A DNA stretch of 64,000 nucleotides from Camelus ferus (taxonomy: Eukaryota). Below, piece by piece: positions 1 through 30,528 of the stretch (position 1 is the stretch's first letter; each line of letters opens with the position of its first letter). The notes under the pieces were generated by a model that was not told the DNA's origin, did no database searches, and was given only the letters and a program-made list of their open reading frames with translations. The stretch spans positions 930,001 through 994,000 of the forward strand of contig NC_045720.1 in assembly GCF_009834535.1 (NCBI RefSeq), in the 5' to 3' direction. Position numbers and translations under genes: made by a program.

Positions 1-480
1 CAAGGGGGACCCTGGAGGCGGAGGCGGCCTGGGGGTGATGCTGGGGCCCAGAGCACCAGCAGACCTCAGGGAGCCCACGTTTTCCAGGCAACACCTGGGC
101 TTCCCAGGCTAGGGTGGAAGGACGCACACTGGTTTGGGAGAGGGCCTGAGATTCAAATCAGATTCATTCAAAGAATTTAAGGTGGTGGTATTTGGTTATG
201 GGGCTTCACTGATGCTCCCAAAGGCCCCTTCTGGGCGGGGCAGATGTCCAGGCACCCGTGTCCCCAGCCTGACCCAGGCCAGGGACAGACACCAGGGAGG
301 AGCTGCCCAGGCGAGCCGCCTTGGGCACCCGGCGCCTCAGGGCTCGCTTTTCTCAGAGAAACAGGCGCTGAGAGTGTGGGGCCAGGGCAGTGGGCCTCAT
401 GCTGCCCTCACGCCCGTGGGACGCCCCGCGGCCACTGCCGCTGCCGCTGCCGAGGCCGAGGGAGCCAGCCTGTTTCCTCA

Positions 481-18531
<18,051 letters not shown>

Positions 18532-19479
18532 TCTTCTAGGGGTGGGTAGGAAAGGTCAGGGAGAGTGTGCCCAGAGCAGCAGAGGCAGTGGGGAGCAGTC
18601 TGTGTGGACAGTCAGCAGGTGCTGAACTTGGGGACACAGGATCATACCCCCCAACACAGCTTCCCTCCACCTTCCTGGCCCACCTGCCCACCCCTGGGTA
18701 TTGGCTTGTGTGTGCCCAGCAGCTTGAGTGGGAATGTTTGGCAAGAACATCTGGTCACAACTTGTTCCCTTCACTCTCACTCACCTGCTCCGTCCACCCC
18801 TGGCTCACCCATCCTCACCCTAGAGTCAATGTCAGGTACCCATATCTCTGTTCCAGACCACTGGGATGCTGGCTGGGCCAGCTTCATCCTAAACACAAGC
18901 CTAAGCCCAGTGCTTCTCTGCTGGAGTCTCCGGGCCTCCCCACTGCCTCCCGCCCAGCCAAGGCACTGACCCCTCTGTGCCCCCAACCCTCTCTTGTCTT
19001 CACCTGGACAGGGGCTGTTGTCAGGGCCTGGAAGCAACACCCCTCTCCCTAGTCCACTCAGCTGACACCGAAGTTCATTCCCCCTCCCCGGGGGGGGGCT
19101 CTCCTGCCCCAGGCTGTGTCGGGGTCCTCTCACCTCCCCCACTGCATAGGTGACTGGCTGCAGCACTATGGCCTGGGCACTGGTCTGACTCCATGCCCAT
19201 GTTTCCATCGTGAGTGTCACTGAGTGGGGGAAGGAATTAATGAAACTGGGAATGACCCTGAAAACAGAAAATGGGAGGAAGGTGACTGGAGACTGGCAGA
19301 AAGAGCACTGGGCATTGACAAGGGAGGGAGAGTGCTTGGAGTGGGAGTGGCAGGGGTAGTGGGACAGATGGTTGAGTGTGGGGCAGGGCCTAAGTCATGA
19401 GTGCCCCTAAGGAGGGTCTGATGAGGAACTGGGAGTGTCTGGGGGGTCAGTGGGGTACTGAGGCACCTAGGGTCAGCTG

Positions 19480-20260
19480 AGGGCTTCTCTGTTGCACGTG
19501 CGTGCACGCACCTGGAAGGAGTGTGGGGGGCTCAGAGTGCATGCAGGGTCCCCTGTCCATGTGTCCTTCCAGGGTCCCTGGCTCATGAGGGACTCCTGGT
19601 GTTCCTGTAGGGTCCTGTATGTGTGCTGGGTTCTGTAGAGTAGGGCCCTGTTTGTGTATGGGGTCAGGGTAGGAGGAATCCCTCTGTGCTTGCGGAGTGT
19701 CCTATGTGTGTGGGCACTGTATGTGCCTGGGTGTGGCATGTGTGGGGCTTGATGTTATTCTAGGGTCCTGTATGGATTTGGGGTTCATGTGCATGGGGGG
19801 TCCCTGTGTGTCTGTGGGGTCTCATATATGCGGGGGAAGGTGTATGCACTGGTGGGGGGGATCAGTGTGTGTGTGGCATCCTTTGTGTGTGCGGGTCCCT
19901 ATGTCCCTTTCAAATCCTCTGTCCGCGGGTGTGTGCAAGTGCCCCGTGCAGGCAGGGTCTGCTATCCATGTGGAAAGGAACGTGCTAGGGGGGTCTAGTT
20001 ATGGGGGTGCTCAGTGCCGGGAGTGGCCTGGGAGGGGACTGGCGTGTGTGGTGAGGGGAGGGGCGGATCACCTGTGTGGGAAGGTCCCTTGTGTCACTGA
20101 TTCTTTTATACGTGGGGGGGGGGGGTCGGTGTGTGGGGGCTCGGCATGTTGGGGGATCAGGGCGGGCAGGGTCCTGTCTGCCTATGGGGTCCCAGGTACT
20201 TGTGGGAATCGGAGTGTGCGCGAGGGATACTCTGTGCGGACGTCGGGGTAGGGGATAGCC
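19480..20260. repeat. Degenerate GT/G-rich low-complexity tract
   Basis: Repeated TGTGTG/GGGTCC motifs between IQANK1 exons 1 and 2. Confidence 0.6.
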
Positions 20261-20345
20261 GGGTATGGTGGTGGGAGTCCCCTGTGCTCACGGGGTCTCC
20301 AGGCCGGGCCCCGTCCAGGGCTCTGCGCCGCCCCCACAGTCTCAC

Positions 20346-20480
20346 CTGCCGCACCTGCCTCCCCCAACTCCGAGGAGAGGGCGAGGCCAGAAGCACCGCC
20401 CCTCGAGTCGGGCTGGCCCGTTTCCTAGCGACTGAGCCGGAACTTCCGAGTCTCCCCGACTTCCGGGGCGAGGGTCAGGG
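20346..20480 (-). other. IQANK1: Probable non-coding first exon of IQANK1
   Basis: CAG|GTGAG donor at 20346/20345 inside the CpG island shared with FAM83H, with no ATG. The 5' boundary is approximate. Confidence 0.6.
20420..20432. promoter_or_regulatory. RFX X-box at the IQANK1 5' end
   Basis: GTTTCCTAGCGAC versus the X-box consensus GTYNCC(N0-3)RGYAAC. Confidence 0.5.
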
Positions 20481-20741
20481 GTCAAGCGTAGGGACCTTAA
20501 GCCTTCGGTGAACAGATGGGCGCCTAGGGGCGCGGGGCTCTGGAAGTCGGGGCCTTAGCGCTCTCCGGGGATACCGGGCCCGGGTCCCCGGGCGCGCCGC
20601 CGAGGGGCATGGCCTTGTCCGGGGCGCAGACAGGAGTCCGGGGGCTCCGGGGCGCAGGCAGGAGTCTGGGGGCTCCGGGGCGCAGGCGGGGGTCCCGGGG
20701 GCGGCGGGGCGGCGGCAGGCGGGAGAAGGAATGCGGGCGCG

Positions 20742-20969
20742 NNNNNNNNNNNNNNNNNNNNNNNNNNNNNNNNNNNNNNNNNNNNNNNNNNNNNNNNNNN
20801 NNNNNNNNNNNNNNNNNNNNNNNNNNNNNNNNNNNNNNNNNNNNNNNNNNNNNNNNNNNNNNNNNNNNNNNNNNNNNNNNNNNNNNNNNNNNNNNNNNNN
20901 NNNNNNNNNNNNNNNNNNNNNNNNNNNNNNNNNNNNNNNNNNNNNNNNNNNNNNNNNNNNNNNNNNNNN
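20742..20969. other. Assembly gap (N run) in the FAM83H/IQANK1 CpG island
   Basis: 228 N. Confidence 1.
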
Positions 20970-23399
20970 TCGAGCCGGGCGGGGCGCGCGGAAGGGGGAG
21001 GCCGCGGCCGGGCCCAGCGGGATGGGGCGGGGTCGGCCCGACCGGCGCCCCCCGGCGCAGGCTCACCTGGGCTGCCCGCCCGCCTGCACCTGGGCTGGGT
21101 CCGCGCGACCAAGAGCGGGGTACTGGGAGTGCGAGCGCGGCCGGGTGTGCTGGGGTCGGGCCCGATCAGCCCGAGCGGAGGGCGAGGGGGTGCCGATGCC
21201 TCGTGTGCCGGTATGGACGTGGGCGCCCTCGCTCGACGCCGGCCCAGGGAAAGCCGAGTAGGAAGGGGCCCAGGGCCCGGGTCGAGCCTGCCCAGGCCGT
21301 CCCGACTTGCTTCCGCCCTGGTGGCCTAGCTGGAGTCTGGAGAGAGTGCTGGGCCTGGCCTGGACCCTTCCCTAGGGCTCCCCTTTTAGGCTGCCATGGA
21401 CTGGAGGAGGCCCAAGTGCCCAGGCTCGGACTGGTTCCTTTCATGCACTGCAGGGACGCCAGAAGGTCCCGGTTCCCTGGGCTGGGGTGGGTGGATGGGG
21501 CCCCTGGCCCAGGCAGCCGCTAACATCCTGGGGTGCGCTAACCCCCTTTGGCCCTACAGCTCACCCACTTGCGGTCTGCAAGACTCCTCTGCCCAAATGC
21601 CACCCCCAGCCTCCTCCCTGCTGCCAAATTCCTCTGTCTACTTGGTGCAGGGTCTGCTGGCCTCGTGCGATAGGCCCAGATCCCTCCCTCTGGATCCTCC
21701 TTCCAGTCACTGAGAACCCCCAGGCCTGCCCCGTGGGAAGGACTTCCGGTGGAAGTCCCTGGTTAGGGAGCCCACTGGAACCCTGAGGGCCCTGGAGGCT
21801 TTGTCGGCTGGGTCAGAGGTCAGCCTACAAGGAGCGGGATTCCTGCTGAGTCATTGGCTGGGGTCGGATAAGCGCCCCTCCCTTCCTTGGGGCAGGCGTT
21901 TGGTAGGCACACGTGTGGACAGACCACTGTTGGGGGTTCTCCGTCGCTAGCTGGGAGTGGCTGCTGCCCAGTCCATAGTCAGGGGTGTACAGATTAAAGA
22001 AAGGAAACAGGCAAAGTAATAAGGCAGGGCCAGGCCACCTGGTGTGCTCACGCTGTGCGGGCGTCCCTTCCTGAACAGTCCTGTCGGCTGACAAGGTTTC
22101 TTGCCTACCCTGGGATGCCCCCACCATGCGCTACACGCATCCCGGACAGTTCCTGCCAATTTCCCTCCTCAGTGAAGTAGGAGAGGGTTGGATCCCTTCT
22201 ACCATGCCTCCCTGACTTGGAAAGTGGCACCCTCAAAGGTAGTCAGCAGGGTAGTGCCCCCTCCCAGTCAGATACACTGCGAGATAACACATCCTGTTGT
22301 CAGATACCGGCTGAGACCCTGGTACAGACAGGTCTGTACCTCACAGCCCTGGGCAGCCAGCCTCAGTCTGGTCCTGGACAGTGTGGCCACCCAACACGTA
22401 ACCAGATGCAGTCAAGGGACGGTGCCCCCACAAAGGAATGGCAGAGCAGCTTTTTCTCAGACAATCAGACCAGGGAGCAGACCTGCCCGGTGTGACTGAA
22501 TGGCACACAGGGGTATCCATGTCACATTCAGTTAGCCTGCCACCCCCTGGGGAAGACAGGAAAGGCTCCCCAGGTTGGCCTGACCCCCAACATTCTCGAG
22601 CAACTGTCTCCAGCTGGCCATTGACCCCGTCCAGTGCACCTGGGTGGGGCAGGGGGCACCACCCCTGGGGGGCTGTCTGGCAGTACCAGCATTCAGGAAG
22701 CTACAAGCTAGGCAGGGTTGGGGTCCTGCAGGGAGCAGCAGGGGCATGTGAACAGTACCCTGGACTCTCCTTCCAGCTTAGGGGGTTGAGTGTCCAGGTA
22801 CTTCAGGGGTCCTGGACCTGGCCTTCCAGAGCCAACGACGGCTTTCTGCTACACAGGCACGCCCTGTAGAGGCAGGTGGGCTGGAGCAGAGTCAGTGAGG
22901 CATGGGTAATGGTGTGGAGTTGGGGTGAGCGGTGAAGGTGGAGAGGCACATCAGAGCCCAGGATGAACCCACTGGCCACAGCAAAGGGCTCTGACTTCTT
23001 CCGGAGTACAGCAGGGAGTCTGGCAGCAACCAGAAACTTGGAAAGGTCACCGCTGCCACACAGGGCTGGGCTTGGCAGAGACAGGCCTCCAAGTTCCTGC
23101 CAGGGTGGGAAGTATGGGCCTGGGAAGGAGTGGCACCAGAGGTGTGGCCCAGGGAGGTGGAAGGGTGGGCCAACAGGAAGGGAGGATCCTGGTAGATGGG
23201 GACAGAGGGCAAGGGTCAGGGTTCAGAGGGCTTAGAGGTCTGTGAGTGAGTGGGGTGTGGGGCTCAGTGTGAGACCCTGCGGGATAGGTCCAGGTGTGGG
23301 TGGGGCTTAATGCTGCATCCCAGGACAAGCTCTGTGTACTGAGCTCACCTTGGGCTAGATATGATATCAGGTCAATCCTGACAGCTGCATCTTTCAAAG

Positions 23400-23723
23400 A
23401 TTTTTTTATACAAGTTAGTTTTAAAGGTTACACTTCATTTACAGTTATTGCAAAATACTGGCTACAATCCCCATGTTGTACAGTACACTCTTGTAGCCTG
23501 TCTTATACCCAACAGTTTGTACCCCCCACTTCCTCCACCCCTACTGGTAACCACTAGTTCGTTCTCTATATCTGTGAGTCTGCTTCTTTTTTGTCATATT
23601 CACTAGTTTGTTGTATTTTTTAGATTCCACATATAAGTGAGATCACATAGTACTTCTTTCCCTGTCTGATTTACTTCACTTAGCATATTGCCCTCCAAGT
23701 CCCTCCCTGTTGCTGGAAGTAGC

Positions 23724-23762
<39 letters not shown>
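23400..23762 (-). mobile_element. L1 3' end fragment with an adjacent long poly-T run
   Basis: TTCTCTATATCTGTGAGTCTGCTTC...TTAGATTCCACATATAAGTGAGATCA; T run at 23728-23761. Confidence 0.8.
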
Positions 23763-23764
<2 letters not shown>

Positions 23765-24342
23765 GGCTGAGGGCACAGGGAGCAGCCCAGGGTCCCCTGG
23801 CACTGGGGACAGAGACACATAGGTAGTGGCCCAGCTTGTCCAGCACCCACAATGCGAGGAGCCATGGAAATGCATCTATGTCATAAAGTTAGAAGAAAAA
23901 AGTATAATAATAAAGAATACAGCCTGGATTATATTTTCTTTATGTCCTAAAATATTTTTTTTAATGGAGGAAGGGGCCCACAAAAAGGAAGTGCCTGGGC
24001 CACAGAGGCCAGAAAGTAACCCTGCGTGGGGGTTTTGTGGAAGCCAGGGCACAAGGCACTCCTCAGGTCCTGGTGAGAGCAGGGGCCCTGCCAGCACAGC
24101 CAGAGCAGCAGGAAACAGATGGCTGGGATGCCTCTGTCCCCGCACACTTCTGATGTGCCCCCAACTAGGGGGCATCCTAGAGTCTGAGGTGCCCTGTAAG
24201 GGCAGGGGCTGAACCCCACAGCCCACCCAAGATCTCTGACGGCCCCTTCTATGAAGTGTGTCCACATAGGGTGGGGGTGGGCCCAGAGCCCCTGCCCCTG
24301 TAATGTGTCTTCCTGCCCTTCCCCCAGGTCCCTGGCCCCGAC

Positions 24343-27300
24343 ATGGCCCGTCGCTCCCAGAGCTCCTCGCAGGGGGACAACCCGCTAGCACCCGGGTACC
24401 TGCCACCCCACTACAAAGAGTACTACCGCCTGGCAGTGGACGCGCTGGCCGAGGGCGGCCCAGAGGCCTACAGCCGCTTCCTGGCGTCCGAAGGTGCGCC
24501 TGCCTTCCTGTGCCCTGAGGAGCTGGAACACGTGAGCCGCCACCTGCGGCCCCCACAGCACGTTGCTCCTGAGCCCCCAGAAGGCAGCCCTCCCAATGTG
24601 GACTTGGATGGCTCCTCTGGCACCTACTGGCCTGTGAACTCAGACCAGGCGGTACCTGAACTCGACCTGGGCTGGCCCCTGACCTTTGGCTTCCAGGGCA
24701 CTGAGGTCACCACACTGGTGCAGCCACCGCCACCTGACAGCCCCAGCATCAAGGATGAGGCTCGAAGGATGATCCGCTCTGCCCAGCAGGTGTGCTGTCA
24801 CAGGCTCAGCCGGCAGTGGGGAAGGGCAGCCTGAGTCGGACCTTTGAAGCATGAGTAGGAGGGTGAGGGTGAAGGGAAAATATAAGCATGCCCAATTTAG
24901 GAGGCAAGGGTGAGGCCAGGGCTGGCTGGCCAGGCCTCTCCAGCCTTCAGGCCACAGTGATGGCTCCCTGGCCAACTTCCAGGATCACCAAGGGTTTGGT
25001 TATCACAGGCTGCCAGCTTTGCACAGGTGTGCTTGCCCGTGGGCATGGCCAGTGCCCAGAAACTCAGGCTGTGAGGTGGCTTGGCCCCTTCCTTGCCTGG
25101 ATCTATTGTTCGGAGAATTCTCTCTGGTCCTGCCCTTGACGCAGCTGAGGCTTCTTGCCCCACCCCAACACCGTCAAACAGCTGGCAGACGCAAAGGGAG
25201 CCTGTTAAACCAGGGACACTGCGGCAGCAGATTCAGACGCTGAAGAGCCCCTGTCTCTGCCCTCTGCCCCTCTCAGGTGGCAGCCGCCTCCCATAGGAAG
25301 AACTGGAGCCTGAGGCTCAGCCCTGATGCCTCCCCTGGGGTCCTGGAAGCTCAGCCATCTAAGGCAGCGGGGTCATGGGGGCCTCATCTGCCTTGCCCCC
25401 CATTCCCCCACAGGGCCCCATTCCCTCCTGGGATGGGCTAGTGGCCATTTTGCAGTGTTTGTTGGTGATCCAGAGACCCCTGAGGGTGGGGGGCATAGAA
25501 GTATGGTGGGGATAGCAGAGGGGTCTGCCCTCTGTCCCTGATCCGACCCCCGCAGGTGGTGGCTGTGGTGATGGACATGTTCACCGACGTGGACCTTCTT
25601 GGTGAAGTGTTGGAGGCTGCTGCTCGCCGCGTTCCAGTCTACATCCTCCTAGATGAGATGAATGCGCAGCACTTCCTGGACATGGCCGACAAGTGCCGCG
25701 TCAACCTGCACCACGTGGATGTGAGCGACCGGAGGGTGGGGAGGGGGCGGATAGGAGGGAAGGGGTAAGATCCATCTGCAGAGACCTAACACCTCTCCGG
25801 TCCCAGTTCCTGCGTGTGCGCACTGTGGCGGGCCCCACCTACTACTGCCGCACTGGGAAGTCCTTCCAGGGCCATGTGAAGGAGAAGTTCCTCCTAGTGG
25901 ATTGTGCCGTGGTGATGAGTGGGAGCTACAGGTGCGCCTAGCCTCGTTGCCCCGCAGCCCCAGCACCTCCCCATCCGAGGGCCTCCTCTCCAGAAGCCCT
26001 CCTCCTGTAGCCTCTGGCACAGCCCTGCCTGCCCCTGCCCCGCCCTCCCTCCCACTAACGGCCCCGCCCCTTCCCCTGACTAATCACGCCCCCTCCCGCT
26101 GACTGGCCTCATCCCACTCCCAGCTTTATGTGGTCCTTCGAGAAGATCCACCGCAGCCTGGCGCACGTATTCCAGGGCGAGCTGGTCTCCAGCTTCGATG
26201 AGGAATTCCGCATCCTCTTCGCACAGTCCGAGCCGCTGGTTCCCTCGGCCGGGGCGCTGGCCCGCATGGATGCCTACGCCCTGGCTCCATACGCCGGCGC
26301 TGGGCCTGTCATGGGCGGCCAAGTGACGGGGGCACCGACCCCTTTCTCCTTCCCAAAACGAGCCCACGTCCTGTTCCCACCGCCTCGGGAAGAAGGCCTG
26401 GGCTTCCCCTCCTTTCTCGACCCTGACCGCCACTTTCTGTCGGCCTTCCGCCGAGAGGAGTCACCGCGGATGCCGGGGGGCGCCCTGGAGCTGCACGCTG
26501 GGATGCGGCCACTGTCACGGCGGCTGGACACCGAGGCCGGACCAGGCGGGGAACTCTCGGGCCCGCGGGGCTTCCTTCAGGCACGGCACCTAGAGATGGA
26601 TGCCTTCAAGAGGCACAGCTATGCGGCCGCAGACGGCATGGGCGCCGTGGAGAATTTCGCAGCCGCACGGCAGGTGTCGCGACAGACGTTCCTCAGCCAC
26701 GGTGATGACTTCCGCTTCCAGACCAGCCATTTCCACCGCGACCAGCTCTACCAGCAGCATTACCAGTGGGACCCGCAGCTTGCCCCCGCACGTCCACAGG
26801 GCCTGTTCGAGAAGCTGCGCGCCGGCCGCCCTGGCTTCACCGACCACGATGACTTCACCCTGGGCGCTGGGCCACGCTTCCCTGAGGTCAGCCCAGACGG
26901 ACACCAGCGGCTGGACTACGTGCCGTCCAGTGCGTCGCGGGAGGTGCGCCATGGCTCGGACCCCGCCTTCGGGCCTGGGCCCCGTGGTCTGGAACCCGGC
27001 GGGGCCCCACGCCCCAATCTGGGCCAGCGCTTCCCTTGCCAGGCGGCAACAAGGCTAGGCCCAGAGATTGGGCCCGAGGCAGAGCCGGAGCGCAGGGGCG
27101 GGCCCGAGGGGCGGGCGGGACTGCGACACTGGCGCCTGGCCTCTTACCTGAGCGGCTGCCACGGTGAGGACGCGGGTGACGAGGGCCTGCCTGCACCCAT
27201 GGAGGCCGAGGCCTATGAAGACGATGTGCTGGTTTCTGGGGGCCGGGTGGCCGCCGGGGACCTACTTCCCTCAGCCTTCCGCAGCAGTGGTGGGGATGGC

Positions 27301-28957
27301 CCAGATCGCGAGGGCCTGGAGGAGGCAGGCCTTACCAAACAGGATTCTTTCCGCTCGCGCTTGAACCCGCTGATTCAGCGCAGCTCTCGGCTGCGCTCCT
27401 CGCTCATCTTCAGTGCCTCGCAGGCTGAGGGGACGGGCGGGGCTGCAGCAGCCACCACGGAAAAGGTGCAACTGCTGCACAAGGAGCAGGCGGTCAGCGA
27501 GATGGTGGGGTCCAGTGGCGAGGCTGTGCGCTCTGCTGCCTCCACCAAGGTGGCCGAGCTCCTGGAGAAGTACAAGGGCCCGTCTCGAGATCCCGGCGGC
27601 GGCGGCGGCGGCGGCGGCGGCGTGGGGGCCTCAGTCACAGTGGCCAGCCATAGCAAAGCTGTCATGTCCCAGGCGTGGCGGGAGGAGGTGTCGGTGCCTG
27701 GTGGCACAGGGGGTGAGCGCCGCAGCCTGGAAAGCTGCCTGCTGGACCTGCGCGACTCCTTCACACAGCGGCTTCACCAGGAGGCTGAGCGGCAACCGGG
27801 AGCTGCCACTCTCACTGCCACCCAGCTGCTCGACACCCTGGGTCGGAGCGGCAGCGGCACAGACCGGCTGCCTTCCCGCTTCCTCTCTGCCCAGGGCCAC
27901 TCCACCTCCCTGCAAGGGCAAGACGGCCCCCCACCAGAGGGGCCTGGAGCGCACCAAGCACCCCACTCTGAGCCAAAAGGGAGTCCCACCTCAGCCTACC
28001 TAGAGCAGAAGGGGGGTCCCACGCCTGGGTTCCCCACCCGCAGAGGCAGCCCCACCACAGCATTCACCGAGCAGAAAGGGAGCCCCACCTCTGTCTATCC
28101 TGAGCGCAAGGACAGCCCTGTGCCTCCCGTCCCGGAGCGCAGGGGCAGCCCGGTGCCCCCTGTGCCAGAGCGCAGGTGCAGCCCAGTACCCCCTGTGCCA
28201 GAGCGCAGAGGCAGCCTCACCCTTCCCCTCTCTGGGGAGTCTCCGAAGACCGGGCCCACAGAGGAGGCGGCCGGCGGTCCCATGGAAGTTTTGCGCAAGG
28301 GTTCCGTGCGGCTGCGGCAGCTGCTGAGCCCCAAGGGTGAACGGCGCACAGAGGATGAGGGCAGCTTCCCAGCTCCGCAGGAGAACGGGCAGCCTGAGAG
28401 CCCCCGGCGCCCATCTCTGGGCCGGGTTGACAGCACAGAGGCCACAACGGGAGATGAGCGGGGCCCGCGGGGACGCGTGGCCTCGGCCACAGCTAACTGC
28501 CTTGTACAGCAGCAACCTGCGGGACGACACAAAAGCCATTCTGGAGCAGATCAGCGCCCACGGCCAGAAGCACCGGGGAGGCCCCTCCCCGGCCCCGACC
28601 CCGACCCCCGCCCACGGCAGCCCCGAGCTAGGCCGCCCACCAGCTGCCAGCGGCCTGGCCCCTGACATGTCCGACAAGGACAAATGTTCAGCCATCTTCC
28701 GCTCGGACAGCCTGGGGACGCAAGGCCGGCTGAGCCGCACGCTGCCAGCCAGCGCGGAGGAGCGCGACCGTCTGCTGCGCCGCATGGAGAGCATGCGCAA
28801 AGAGAAGCGCGTCTACAGCCGCTTCGAGGTCTTCTGCAAAAAGGAGGAGGCCGGGGGGCCAGGGGCCGGGGAGGGCCCGGCCGAGGAGGACACCAGGGAC
28901 AGCAAGGTGGGCAAGTTCATGCCCAAGATCCTAGGTACATTCAAAAGCAAGAAGTGA
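24343..28957 (+). CDS. FAM83H: Protein FAM83H (DUF1669/PLD-like N-terminal domain, CK1 anchor); apparent 1-nt frameshift at 28498
   Basis: Coding exons 24343-24789 (447 nt, [28 protein letters not shown]), 25556-25720, 25807-25931 and 26124-28957, all GT-AG and phase-consistent. The native C-terminus ([17 protein letters not shown]...[10 protein letters not shown]) is in a different frame after an extra T at 28498. The protein is 1189 aa if corrected and 1092 aa as written. Confidence 0.97.
27595..27621 (+). repeat. (GGC)9 poly-glycine tract in FAM83H
   Basis: Perfect trinucleotide repeat, in frame. Confidence 0.9.
27982..28215 (+). repeat. Degenerate coding repeats in FAM83H (GSPT...; [10 protein letters not shown] x3)
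   Basis: Seen in the translation; similar repeats are recalled in human FAM83H. Confidence 0.75.
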
Positions 28958-30522
28958 GCCTCCTGGCCCACCAGCCCAGGTTGGGGCGCCTGCTCACTGC
29001 GACCTGGCCCTCAGCCAAAGCGGTTTGGAACCCGACTGAGCACAGCCAGAGAGCCCGGCTCAACTTGGGGCTCGCCCGGCGGCCAGCCTCCCTGCCTCTT
29101 GCCCCCTGGCCTCTCCCCCTGAGGGCCCCAGCCCTCGCTGCCCCTGCCGTACCCCCCAACTCCACTTCTCTGTCTTAGTCTCTGAACCTTTGGCCTCCCC
29201 CTTCTTACACATCTGTCTCCACTGTCTCTTTGGGCTTCAGGTCCACTTTGGGTCACCTCAGGGACCCATCTTTCTGTGCCTCAGTCGCCCTTCTCTCAGG
29301 TCCTGGTATCTCAGGGCTTCTGTGTCTCAGGGTCCCCCTCTGTGCATGGCCTCCTGCCTGTGCTGCTTCACCGGCAGCCTCTCCACTGTCTCCCGGCTGC
29401 CACGTCCTCTCTCCAGACCTCCCACCTGCTCAGGGCCTGTTTGCCCCCACCTCCCTGTCAGGTCACTGAGAGGTCACTTCCTGCCCTGCTCCTTCCCTCA
29501 CTGCCTCCTGGCACCTGTCTTGGTGGAGGAGGTGGGGGGAGTGTGTGGCCACAGAGGACCCCTCTGTGGGGCGGCCCTCCTGAGGAGAGCTGGAAGAGAC
29601 ATGGCTGCCCCTGCAGCGAGGCTGTGGCCGTCACCTGGTGAGGAGCAAAAGCGCGGGGCCCCAGCCTCACTAAGGGTTCCTCGCAGGTGCCATCCCAGCC
29701 ACACTCGAGAAAGGGGTGGGTGTGGTGCTCTTGTTCTGTGAGGGCAGGGGAGGGGTGCAGCGGCACCTGAGGCCCAGCCCACAAATCCGAGGGGCCTCGG
29801 TGCCCCGTGAGGTGGGAGTGGTCCTTGCCCTGCAGGTGGCCAGCAGAGCCCAACCCCACGCTGGTCTGCGTCCTTTCCCTTGTCACCAACCCAAAAACTT
29901 GTCCAGGTCTCCCCACTTAGCCTTCTGGTATCTTTTTACCTCCAGACAGGGACGGTGATCTGGAGTGACATATCTTGGCACCAAATGCTTCTAAGTCCCC
30001 CACTGTAGGTGCTAGCATTGTTAAATTAGTGTTTGCACTATTTCTTTTTAAATAGTTTTTTTGGTTTGGTTTTTTGTCTTCTTTTGTTTTGTTAGTATAA
30101 GAAACCCCAGTTGCTCAGGCTGGGAAAGGATCTAAGAAGCACAACTGCTGAGTGAGGCAGCAGTTCTGACTGGGCAGCCGGAAAAGGGAGGGTGGTGAGT
30201 GAGGGGACACGTGTGCTCCCTGGTGGCTCACAATCTGGTTACCAAAGTCACTGCCCAGGTAGGGGTGACAGCAGGGACTTTAGTTCAGATAGAAAAGGTG
30301 CCTGAGCAGCCAGGCAAGTGGAAGCGTTTGAGGGCCTTCCCATGCACTGTTGACCAGCCTGGTGCAAGGCCCCTCCCCTGGCCCGGCCTGTTGCTAAGGG
30401 AGAGCCCTCGCGGGAGGAGGAGGTTCTGCCTGTGGAGAGGCCAGAGGTCCTCTTGTCTGCACCCTCTGCATCGTGCTCAGTAAGACATCTCTCAAATGTG
30501 ATTCTGCACATTTGGTGTTAAT

Positions 30523-30528
30523 AATAAA
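30523..30528 (+). terminator. Candidate FAM83H polyadenylation signal
   Basis: First clear AATAAA found after the FAM83H stop, ~1.57 kb downstream. Confidence 0.45.

Larger units (their letters stand above)
20250..21300. promoter_or_regulatory. CpG island: bidirectional IQANK1/FAM83H promoter, partly in an N gap
   Basis: Very high CpG/GC, ETS-like CTTCCG/CGGAAG motifs, 27-nt GC tandem unit at ~20618-20700. FAM83H exon 1 is probably in or next to the gap 20742-20969. Confidence 0.8.

Noticed and set aside
28337-28957. 206-aa ORF overlapping the end of FAM83H, as a separate gene
   Set aside because: It is the true FAM83H C-terminus displaced by the 1-nt insertion at 28498.
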